This document shows, piece after piece, positions 48,311 through 55,755 of a stretch of 64,000 bases of DNA. Position 1 is the stretch's first letter, and every line of letters starts with the position of its first letter. A model generated the notes under the pieces. The model was given only the letters and a program-made list of their open reading frames with translations, ran no database searches and was not told the DNA's origin. The DNA is taken from IMG/VR virus record IMGVR_UViG_3300042922_001018; one strand, written 5' to 3'. The stretch is from a virus (Duplodnaviria; Heunggongvirae; Uroviricota; Caudoviricetes). The translations under genes were made by a program, and so were the position numbers.

Positions 48311-48942
48311 AGTGTGGCCCTCACGTACTCAGGAGCAATGCCTTCGTGGTGGGCGGCGATGATGGCCTGGGCCACGGACCCGTTGAGCTGGTAGACAGGG
48401 CAGACGGCTTGGGCGTACTCCACCGGAACGCCTGCGGCGGCAAGTGCCTGCGCGGACTTGACAGCTTTGGCGTTGACCTTCTCGTCCCCGAATCCGGCCG
48501 CGTATTCAGGGGTCACAGTCGCATGTAGCTGAACCACACGGGCGCGGCGCGCTAGCTGCCGGGTACGCATTCCGTGCTTCGACCAGCGGTCGTCGAGGTA
48601 CTCCATGTCTTCTCGAAGAGTCGGCGTCAGAAGGTTCATGACCCGCGGGTCTTCGGATGTCAGAGTCGTCTTGAAAAAGTGTCCGGCGACGTTGAAGCGC
48701 TGCTGGATGGCGTCGGCTTCGGCAATCAGGTTCTCGCGGTTGCCGTAGACGGTCGGTGCCCAGTCTTCTCGGCGCACCGGGTACAGTTCGCGGCCGTGGA
48801 GCGTCAGCAAGCCAGCAACCTCACGGGCCGCGGTCGCGTACGGGCGCGCCGAAGCGGCGGAGACTCGGCTGAACGTCTGGGCGGCATCTGCCATCAGGTG
48901 ATGGTACTGCGACAGACCGAAGGCGACGGTGTCCTCCGTCAC
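48307..48942 (-). CDS. G[VI]PxEY family protein (array member 1)
   Basis: GTG 1 nt after the upstream stop. AGVPVEYA...EGIAPEYV. Confidence 0.7.
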   Translation of the reverse strand: MTEDTVAFGLSQYHHLMADAAQTFSRVSAASARPYATAAREVAGLLTLHGRELYPVRREDWAPTVYGNRENLIAEADAIQQRFNVAGHFFKTTLTSEDPRVMNLLTPTLREDMEYLDDRWSKHGMRTRQLARRARVVQLHATVTPEYAAGFGDEKVNAKAVKSAQALAAAGVPVEYAQAVCPVYQLNGSVAQAIIAAHHEGIAPEYVRATL

Positions 48943-48943
48943 G

Positions 48944-49228
48944 TCAGTCTTCTCGCTCGTCGTAGAGGTAGCCGCATTCGACGCAGACTCGTCCGGGGAC
49001 TGTTCGAGCCTCTTCTCGCATCCGTCGCGACCACTCGATGATGCGGTCAGACGCTTCGGAAACATCCCAGTGGACCTCGAAGCCGCACAGGGCGTGCTTC
49101 GTTTCGTAGCCGGTGCTGACCAGCTCTTCACCCGGCTCCAGCCGTCGAATGTGGCGGAGCGACAACTCGGTGGCAAGCCGGTTCTCGGAGAACGCGTAGG
49201 TCTGCGTCTTCCGCTTGCGAGAGGTCAT
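48944..49228 (-). CDS. Small Cys/His (zinc-binding?) protein
   Basis: H..ALCG...CVECG. TAGACT-N7-ATG. Confidence 0.6.
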   Translation of the reverse strand: MTSRKRKTQTYAFSENRLATELSLRHIRRLEPGEELVSTGYETKHALCGFEVHWDVSEASDRIIEWSRRMREEARTVPGRVCVECGYLYDERED

Positions 49229-49267
49229 GCGAGAAGTCTACACCGATATGACAGGTGACGCAAGCTG

Positions 49268-49375
49268 GAAACACAGAACCCCGGCACGAGGCCGGGGCTG
49301 TGAGTGTCGGAGAGTGGACGAACTAATGGATTCTGTAAATGAAAGTTTGGAAGGAAGCTCCTCCTGGGCCGACAC
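49268..49375 (-). ncRNA. Candidate small RNA
   Basis: TACAGT -10 box at 49380-49385, 5'/3' pairing GTGTCGG/CCGACAC, AT-rich core, terminator hairpin 49274-49300, no ORF. Confidence 0.45.
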
Positions 49376-49439
49376 CTATACTGTAGCACACCCTACGGAC
49401 ATCGGGTGCGCATCTCCCCTAAGCGTTACCGTTCTGTTA

Positions 49440-50120
49440 TCAGAAGCACATGCAGGAGCCGTCAACCGACTTCTGCATGAAGCAGTCGGGGCAGACCTCA
49501 GGGGCCGCTGCGACGCGCTTGCTTTCGACCTTCTTCGCAGCCTCGGCGGCGCGCTCGCGGGTTGCGGCGATTTCGTCGGTGAGGTCGAGCATCTCAGCCC
49601 CTTCGACGTGCTTCGCCCAGGAAGCGGCGGTCTGTGCGCGGCGGCTTACAGTTTCACCTGAGTAGCCTCGCTCTTCCAGAAGCTCTTCGACACCGCCGTC
49701 GCCACGGTCGTTGTAGGTCTGGACGATGTCGCTGTCTGCGACCAGAGTGTTCAACATGGCGCTGCGCTGGTCCGGCTCCATCCCGATGAACTGCTCGCCG
49801 AGCGGGGTGAGGCCGTAGTGCTTCGGGTTCTCGTTGATGACATCGACCAGGCCCAGGTATCCTGCGGCATCGCCGTACATGTGACCGTTGCGAGACTGGG
49901 TCATACCGAGGGATTCCGCGACGGCGTCGGGGGTCTCCGCGCCCGCAGCGATAGCGTCCACGGCGACGGCGACCTTGTCGAGACGGTCGGCCTGAGGCGC
50001 GGGGAAACCATTGCCACCTTCGGAGTAGGCGAGAGAGACCTCGGGGTCAGTGCCGAGCTTCTCGGCGAACTGGCCGCTGCCGGTACGAGGGTGAGCAAGA
50101 GGGTCGAATGTCATTGTCAT
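49440..50120 (-). CDS. Tagged winged-helix-like protein with C-terminal Cys cluster
   Basis: MTMTFDPLAHPRTGSGQFAEKLGTDPEVSL, PQAD...Y..AAGYLGL...LT.LG...RRA.T..SW, CPDC..CMC. Confidence 0.75.
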   Translation of the reverse strand: MTMTFDPLAHPRTGSGQFAEKLGTDPEVSLAYSEGGNGFPAPQADRLDKVAVAVDAIAAGAETPDAVAESLGMTQSRNGHMYGDAAGYLGLVDVINENPKHYGLTPLGEQFIGMEPDQRSAMLNTLVADSDIVQTYNDRGDGGVEELLEERGYSGETVSRRAQTAASWAKHVEGAEMLDLTDEIAATRERAAEAAKKVESKRVAAAPEVCPDCFMQKSVDGSCMCF

Positions 50121-50127
50121 GACCGGA

Positions 50128-50136
50128 TGTAGGCGG
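50128..50136 (-). promoter_or_regulatory. CCGCCTACA element (N7 to ATG 50120)
   Basis: Exact motif. Confidence 0.8.
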
Positions 50137-50298
50137 TACGAAGCGTCGTCATCGGGCCTGTAAAGAGAGCAGGCCCGAGCGAACCATAGTTCGCTGGCAG
50201 TGGAGGCTTGCCTCCACAACGCCCCACACACGTGGACACGCGGGTCTCGCCCCTTCAGCCGTTCCAGTTCTGAGACAATCGTCTCGATTTCGGAACGG

Positions 50299-50916
50299 TC
50301 AGTTGCTTCCCATCAGCTCTTCGAGCTGGTCTTCGCCGAAGAAGGCCTCAGCGCTCTGATGCACCTGACGCGCACGGTCGTAATAGGCTGTGGCGCGGGA
50401 GACGCTGCCGAACTCGCGGTAAACTCCGCTGTGCATGTCGAAGAACTCATCGGCGGGATGCTGCGAGCCGACTCGCGCTTCGTACACGGCGTCGTAGAGC
50501 GCGTCGTTGATGGCGATGCCACCCTCGCGCTCCAGGTCACCCTGAGTGTCGTAGTAGTCCACCGCAAGCTTCCGGTCCTCGCCGTAGCCGTCGGTGTAGC
50601 AGAGCAGGAACTTCACAAGCGGATACTCAGCGTCACGGTTGTCCGTATCGTGCTCGTAGTGCTCGTACGGGAGCTTCGCGGCGGGGATGACGCGCACCTT
50701 CGACTTGGAGAGAAGGTCCGGGTTGTCCTCGATGAAGCCGGAGACCCCGACAGCGATGTCGTCGTACTCATCTGGGCTAATGTTCTCGCGCCAGAAGATG
50801 CCGTTCTTGCCGCCCCGGAGCCGGTTGGCAGCGAGGTTCACCTCAGGCGTGGCGCCGGTCTTCTCGGTGAAAGTGCCGTCAGTAGAACGCGGGTGTTCTG
50901 AAGCATCGAAGGTCAT
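50299..50916 (-). CDS. Tagged hypothetical protein
   Basis: MTFDASEHPRSTDGTFTEKTGATPEVNL. Confidence 0.8.
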   Translation of the reverse strand: MTFDASEHPRSTDGTFTEKTGATPEVNLAANRLRGGKNGIFWRENISPDEYDDIAVGVSGFIEDNPDLLSKSKVRVIPAAKLPYEHYEHDTDNRDAEYPLVKFLLCYTDGYGEDRKLAVDYYDTQGDLEREGGIAINDALYDAVYEARVGSQHPADEFFDMHSGVYREFGSVSRATAYYDRARQVHQSAEAFFGEDQLEELMGSN

Positions 50917-50923
50917 GCCCCAG

Positions 50924-50932
50924 TGTAGGCGG
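50924..50932 (-). promoter_or_regulatory. CCGCCTACA element (N7 to ATG 50916)
   Basis: Exact motif. Confidence 0.8.
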
Positions 50933-50966
50933 AACGGTGCCATCCGTACGATACGTCAGGATTGTC

Positions 50967-51094
50967 CTTATCGACTGTAACGATAAGCTACGTTGCTTCT
51001 AATCGCCACAGGGCTGTCGGTAACTCGTCCTTACCGACAGCCCTGTGGCGGCTATGTTAGCCATAATGCGACGTTGTGGCTAACATAGCCGCCA
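50967..51094. repeat. Cluster of three inverted repeats downstream of thyX
   Basis: 7-bp (50967-50987), 20-bp (51004-51050) and 18-bp (51046-51094) stems. Confidence 0.75.
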
Positions 51095-51103
51095 TAGCCT
51101 CGC

Positions 51104-51835
51104 TCAGATGGGGACGCGACCGTGCCGGTTCCAGGCTTCCTGCGTGATGGGCATGTACTCGGCGAAAGAAGCCTCCATCATGTCGGCGACCATCTCGATT
51201 TCGCGCTGCGGGAACGACGGGAACTTCGCCTCATCCAGGGGGCGCTTGGTGCGCAGCGAGAGGAAGTTCGTCAGCGCTCGCGTGTTCATGGTGACGAACG
51301 CCGACGAGTAGATGTTCAGCGGAAGGCCCATACGACTGACCTCGCGAGCGACCTCCGCGTCCAGCATTCGCTGGTACCCGGCGTAGGCGGTCTCGGCAGT
51401 GTTACGCAGCTCCTCGTTCACGATGGCGTGCTGCTCCTCGGTGCCTGCGACGTACTCGTACGCGCCGGGCTTACCCTGCTGCACGAGGTTCCGCTCAGCG
51501 GCAGGCACGTAGAAGATGGGACGGAGAACCTTGTACCGGCCCGACTCCTCGTTGTACGAGGCCATGCGGTGACGCATGATTTCCCGCCAGACGAAGATGG
51601 GAGCCTCGACATAGAAGGTGAACGAGCAGTGCTCGAACGGGGAGCCGTGGCGGTCACGGATGAGGAAGTTGATGAGCTTCTCGATGCCCTGCGCGGCGGC
51701 ATCTTCGACTGCCTTGTCGCCGAGCGTAGAGACGCGTGCCGCCTGGGCGATGAAGGGGTCATCGGCCGCGGCTCGTACGAGCTGCACGGTCATGTCGGAA
51801 CGGAAAGTGAGCGGGATGGGTGCTTCTTCAGTCAT
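51104..51835 (-). CDS. thyX: FAD-dependent thymidylate synthase
   Basis: AARVS, HGSPFEH, RHRMASYNEESGRY, AREVSR, QREI motifs. Confidence 0.97.
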   Translation of the reverse strand: MTEEAPIPLTFRSDMTVQLVRAAADDPFIAQAARVSTLGDKAVEDAAAQGIEKLINFLIRDRHGSPFEHCSFTFYVEAPIFVWREIMRHRMASYNEESGRYKVLRPIFYVPAAERNLVQQGKPGAYEYVAGTEEQHAIVNEELRNTAETAYAGYQRMLDAEVAREVSRMGLPLNIYSSAFVTMNTRALTNFLSLRTKRPLDEAKFPSFPQREIEMVADMMEASFAEYMPITQEAWNRHGRVPI

Positions 51836-51874
51836 TGCTTCAGCCTACCATCGGTGCAAGCCGACGACGGGCGC

Positions 51875-52216
51875 TCAGGCGGGCAGAACGACGCCTGTGA
51901 GGTACTCGTACGAGATACCTGAAGCGTACCCCTCGATGGCCTTGTCGATGGGGACTCCCGTTGAGACGCACTTCGCCAGGTAGCCGCGCGCCATCGGGTC
52001 GCTGACGGCTTCGATGAAGCTCCAGGTCGTCCAGTCGCCGGGACGCCAGTCCTCGATGACATCCTCAGGAATCATGAGGTAAGCGTTGGTGATGTCAGCG
52101 AAACCGGTAGTGCCGGTCGGTGACCCGTCCCAGGCATGGTCGCACCATTCGGCCAGCACCCAGGTGCCTTCTACGAGAAGTTCGACTTCGCCGGAGCGCG
52201 CGTCAGTCAGGTCCAT
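51875..52216 (-). CDS. Divergent G[VI]PxEY family protein
   Basis: TGVPIDKA...SGISYEYL. TTGACT-N17-TACCAT-N6-ATG. Confidence 0.65.
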   Translation of the reverse strand: MDLTDARSGEVELLVEGTWVLAEWCDHAWDGSPTGTTGFADITNAYLMIPEDVIEDWRPGDWTTWSFIEAVSDPMARGYLAKCVSTGVPIDKAIEGYASGISYEYLTGVVLPA

Positions 52217-52247
52217 GACCTCATGGTATCCCGGCTAGCGCCGCGAG

Positions 52248-52559
52248 TCAAGCGGTGACGTACGCGACCGTGTGCTCGTGCGTTTCGATAACGATGACTC
52301 GTTCGTCGGCCCCAACGACTCTGGCGCCGAAATACTCGCGTCGGCCTTCGCCCAGGTAGACTCCGGTCCCCGTGGCAAGTACCTTGCGCGGCCCAGGCGC
52401 CCACAGGCCGGAGGTGCCATCGTTACGGCGCTGGTAGGTGTGTACGACTCCGCCGCTGTGGGCGCGCATCCAGTTCCGGAAGGAGGAGAACTGAATGTCA
52501 GCGGGGAGGTCGGCGTTGTGCTGCTGAATGTCTTCGTTGACGAGTTCGAGCGCGTTGAT
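52248..52559 (-). CDS. Hypothetical protein, probable non-canonical ATC start
   Basis: Open, coding-like frame extends 30 codons upstream of ATG 52469 to an ATC 6 nt after AAGGAG. Confidence 0.5.
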   Translation of the reverse strand: MNALELVNEDIQQHNADLPADIQFSSFRNWMRAHSGGVVHTYQRRNDGTSGLWAPGPRKVLATGTGVYLGEGRREYFGARVVGADERVIVIETHEHTVAYVTA

Positions 52560-52620
52560 GATGTACTCCTTGTGTCGATATTCTGCTAGTGGAGCGGGTT
52601 CAGGCGAAGTCTATCACCTG

Positions 52621-53358
52621 TTACGCACGAGGGAGCTGCGAGGCCCGGTGTGCGTGGCGAGCGTTAGAGACGTTGACGGCATTCGCGCGACCACGAGTTT
52701 CCAGCGCTTCCTTCAGGCTGCGCTCGTTGTTGTCGAGGTACTGGTTGGCGAGCTTGCGGGTGTCACCGCGGTAGCCGGTGCCGATGACATCGCGGGGTCG
52801 AACGTTGCCCTGAACCAGACCGCGGCGCATCGCTTCGTTGCTCTGAAGCATCAGCTCCAGGCTCTCCTTCGAGAAACCCGGAGTCTTGCCTTCGAAGATG
52901 TCATCGAGGTAGGTGTCGAGGTAGTGTGGTTCCCCGGCCTTGAACGCACGCGCCGGGCCGTGCATACGTGCGAGAACTTTGGCGCGCTTCTGCACCTTGT
53001 CGGCCTGGAGAACCAGTTCGTCCCGGACACGCTGGTCATTGACGGAGCGCACTTCCGGCCAGAGCTGGTTCTGGATGTCGATGGCGAGACGCTGTTCCGC
53101 CTCCGTGATGTCTTCGGGGTGGATTTCGTCGTGCTTCGAGTAGTTCGGGTCTTCGACGAGTTCGAGGGGAATGGGGCGCGGTTCGCCGTTGTCGTCGCAG
53201 CACTCTTCGCAGGTGATGTCGGCACCCCAGGGGCCACCGCAGCGTGGGCAGGTCGGTACGGCAATCGTCTCGCCGATGGAAGTCTCCGGTGCCGTGCCGG
53301 TCTTCTCAGCGAACTTGCCGCCCTTGTCGCGGACTACTTCGTTCTCTTGGAAGCTCAT
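52621..53358 (-). CDS. Tagged hypothetical protein with Cys cluster
   Basis: MSFQENEVVRDKGGKFAEKTGTAPETSI, CPRCG..CEEC. Confidence 0.8.
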   Translation of the reverse strand: MSFQENEVVRDKGGKFAEKTGTAPETSIGETIAVPTCPRCGGPWGADITCEECCDDNGEPRPIPLELVEDPNYSKHDEIHPEDITEAEQRLAIDIQNQLWPEVRSVNDQRVRDELVLQADKVQKRAKVLARMHGPARAFKAGEPHYLDTYLDDIFEGKTPGFSKESLELMLQSNEAMRRGLVQGNVRPRDVIGTGYRGDTRKLANQYLDNNERSLKEALETRGRANAVNVSNARHAHRASQLPRA

Positions 53359-53365
53359 GCCACGA

Positions 53366-53374
53366 TGTAGGCGG
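53366..53374 (-). promoter_or_regulatory. CCGCCTACA element (N7 to ATG 53358)
   Basis: Exact motif. Confidence 0.8.
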
Positions 53375-53382
53375 CGATGCGG

Positions 53383-53823
53383 CTACAGGGCGCCACGGCC
53401 GATGGCTCGGTCTAGCGCAGTGAAGATGGAGCGTGTGCGACTAGGATAGCCGGAAACTCGTTCGCCACCGTACTTCTCATCGAGAACCACCTCGTATGCG
53501 GTGCGCTTCTTCAGGTCGCGACGGATGCCTCGTGCCACCTTCACCGACGGTGTGCTCTCGTAGGAACTAACGTAGCCGACGCGCTCACCGTCGAGGTAGA
53601 CGGGCGTGCGAAGGTAGCCTGAGCCAGGCAAGATTTCTTCTTCCTCGCCGATACGGACATCGGCCGTCTCCAGCCGCTTGCCGTAGTAGCTCTCCTTCGA
53701 CTTCGTGACCTTGCGAAGCTTCGGTTTTGGTGCAGCGTTCAGGGTGACTTCCGGCGCGGCCCCGGTCTTCTCGGAGAACTTGCCGCCCTGGTCTCGTTCT
53801 ACCTGTGTTTCGTCGAATGCCAT
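53383..53823 (-). CDS. Tagged basic protein
   Basis: MAFDETQVERDQGGKFSEKTGAAPEVTL. Paralogue of 53823-54257 (RTPVY..G..GYV, DLK.RT.Y). Confidence 0.8.
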   Translation of the reverse strand: MAFDETQVERDQGGKFSEKTGAAPEVTLNAAPKPKLRKVTKSKESYYGKRLETADVRIGEEEEILPGSGYLRTPVYLDGERVGYVSSYESTPSVKVARGIRRDLKKRTAYEVVLDEKYGGERVSGYPSRTRSIFTALDRAIGRGAL

Positions 53824-54257
53824 CAGAGAATCCCGTCGTGAAGTGCCTGGTTGAGTGAGTCGTGGATAGCGGACCCGCGCTTCTCTGAGCGCGAGGCGCG
53901 GGTGCCGTACAGGTTCGGTGCTTCGTCGTCCAGAGCATGCACGTACATCGTACGCTCCTTCAAGTCCTGTCGCAGGCGCCCGCCACGGCCGACGCTCTTC
54001 GACGGCGTGACCGGGAACGCGTAGACGTATCCGGCTGCGTCTCCATTGAAGTAGACAGGCGTGCGTCGCACGCGGCCAGTGAGTTCTTCTGCGACCCCGA
54101 CTTCCACCACGCCGTCTGCGAGCCGTGGATGCGTGTAGGAGTAGTTCGGGAGTGTGGTCTTGCGGCGTGACGACAGAGAGACCTCGGCTGCGGTCCCGGT
54201 CTTCTCCGCGAACTTGCCACCGCCGTCTCGGCTCACCTGGGACTCGTCGAATGCCAT
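53823..54257 (-). CDS. Tagged basic protein
   Basis: MAFDESQVSRDGGGKFAEKTGTAAEVSL. Confidence 0.8.
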   Translation of the reverse strand: MAFDESQVSRDGGGKFAEKTGTAAEVSLSSRRKTTLPNYSYTHPRLADGVVEVGVAEELTGRVRRTPVYFNGDAAGYVYAFPVTPSKSVGRGGRLRQDLKERTMYVHALDDEAPNLYGTRASRSEKRGSAIHDSLNQALHDGIL

Positions 54258-54264
54258 GACAGGA

Positions 54265-54273
54265 TGTAGGCGG
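54265..54273 (-). promoter_or_regulatory. CCGCCTACA element (N7 to ATG 54257)
   Basis: Exact motif. Confidence 0.8.
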
Positions 54274-54275
54274 TC

Positions 54276-54974
54276 TCAGAGGGTCTTGTACTCGCGTGTG
54301 GCAAGCGTCGAGAAGAGGATGAGGTTATCCCAGCTCGCGAAGGAGAAGTCCGGTAGTGCCGCAAGTTCCACGGCCACTCCGTCCCCACCGGCTTTCGGGT
54401 AGACGTTGCGTGAATGGCGAGGTGTCGCATGCTGCCGGTACAGGATGGTCGAGATGCTGTCCTGCTGCTCCTCGGTCCACGGGTCTTCACTCATGGAGAG
54501 GTCGCAGAAGACATGCTCGTAAGCAGCGTCGAGGTCGGTGATGATGCCTACGGGTGCAAGCCTTCGGCTAGGGGACGTTCCGAACATCCGGATGACCTCG
54601 GACTCATCGTAGTCGAGCCACTCGCCTGCGCGGCCGTACAGCAGGTTCGTGTTCTGAAACTCGGGAACCGCGCCGACGTGGTGTGCGAGACTGCGCAACA
54701 GGACCATCGCGGGCGATACCTCCCCTTCCGCACTGAACGCCGGGTCCGCGAGGTACATCTTCCACGAGAAGGCTTGGTCCGCGAGGTAACGCGGTTCAAC
54801 CGCGAGCAGGAGGCGAACGTCTGCCTCGGAGAATGTGCGACCGACTGACTCCAGTTTCTCCAGGGCGTCGATGAGAACACGGATGCCGTAACGCGTTGTG
54901 CGCCCGAGGGTCTCCGGTCGGGGAACGTAGACGGCATCGAAATGCCGAGCGATGAGTCGGTCACGCGATGACAT
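54276..54974 (-). CDS. Hypothetical protein
   Basis: TAGAGT-N7-ATG start at MSSRDR. Confidence 0.6.
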   Translation of the reverse strand: MSSRDRLIARHFDAVYVPRPETLGRTTRYGIRVLIDALEKLESVGRTFSEADVRLLLAVEPRYLADQAFSWKMYLADPAFSAEGEVSPAMVLLRSLAHHVGAVPEFQNTNLLYGRAGEWLDYDESEVIRMFGTSPSRRLAPVGIITDLDAAYEHVFCDLSMSEDPWTEEQQDSISTILYRQHATPRHSRNVYPKAGGDGVAVELAALPDFSFASWDNLILFSTLATREYKTL

Positions 54975-55058
54975 GTTCGCCACTCTATCACGGTTGACAA
55001 CCGCTCGTCCAGGCGCTAGCGTTGTGTCTGTCAGCAAGGCCAACTCGAAGGGAACATC

Positions 55059-55448
55059 ATGTCCACTCCGCTCTCCGCCCCGCGTCCGTACATCGGAACC
55101 GGCACCATCGTCGAGTTCGACAGCGTCCGTTACGTCGTCCTGAAGCCGAACTCGGTGAATCTCCGTGTCGAGCGCGAGAGCGACGGCGTGCAGTTCAACC
55201 TCCCCCGCGCCGCGGCGTTCACCATCGTCGGCCAGAAGCAGTTCAGCGAGATGGTTCAGGCGCCTGACTTCGAGCAGTACAACGTGGTCAAGTACGTCGG
55301 CCCGAAGTTCGAGAACAAGCTCATGGCCGTGGTCAAGGTGGACGTGTTCGGGAAGCGAGTGACGCTCGCCGACCTGGACCAGCCGCGGAACCGACTCAAC
55401 AACGTCCCGTTCAGCAACGTCGTGAAGGTGAACGTCGCCGAGGTGTGA
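55059..55448 (+). CDS. Hypothetical protein (two SH3/KOW-like beta domains?)
   Basis: TTGACA-N17-TAGCGT promoter, RBS GAAGGGA, strong codon bias. Confidence 0.7.
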   Translation: MSTPLSAPRPYIGTGTIVEFDSVRYVVLKPNSVNLRVERESDGVQFNLPRAAAFTIVGQKQFSEMVQAPDFEQYNVVKYVGPKFENKLMAVVKVDVFGKRVTLADLDQPRNRLNNVPFSNVVKVNVAEV

Positions 55449-55454
55449 CGCAGA

Positions 55455-55491
55455 CGGAACGCCCGGCCCTCATGAAGGGTCGGGCGTTCCG
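55455..55491 (+). terminator. Hairpin terminator
   Basis: 16-bp stem right after the stop codon. Confidence 0.6.
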
Positions 55492-55683
55492 CGTTTCCGA
55501 ATGGCGCGCACTTTCCGCCGCTCTTTCCCTGCGGTGAAAGCGGCGAGACCATCGAACGCGGCCATGATGAGATGGGCGATGAACTCGAACACGAGTCTCA
55601 GTCTACTCCATGCCGTGTTATCCTGAAGATGTACCGACAGGTCGTGTTCGTCATGCAGTGCAGACAGCCGACAGGTCACATGA

Positions 55684-55719
55684 TGAAGGGGCACCTCCCG
55701 TTTCGGAGGTGCCCCTTCA
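55684..55719 (-). terminator. Hairpin terminator of TerD-like gene
   Basis: 15-bp perfect stem tgaaggggcacctcc/ggaggtgccccttca. Confidence 0.65.
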
Positions 55720-55755
55720 GTTGTTATGCGTCCATGAGCCGTGAGCGCTCTGCGC

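Noticed and set aside
7885-54273. Tag repeats as a CRISPR array, MITE or other DNA repeat
   Set aside because: They are dispersed, always in frame at gene starts, conserved at the protein level with synonymous divergence, and have no terminal repeats or spacers.
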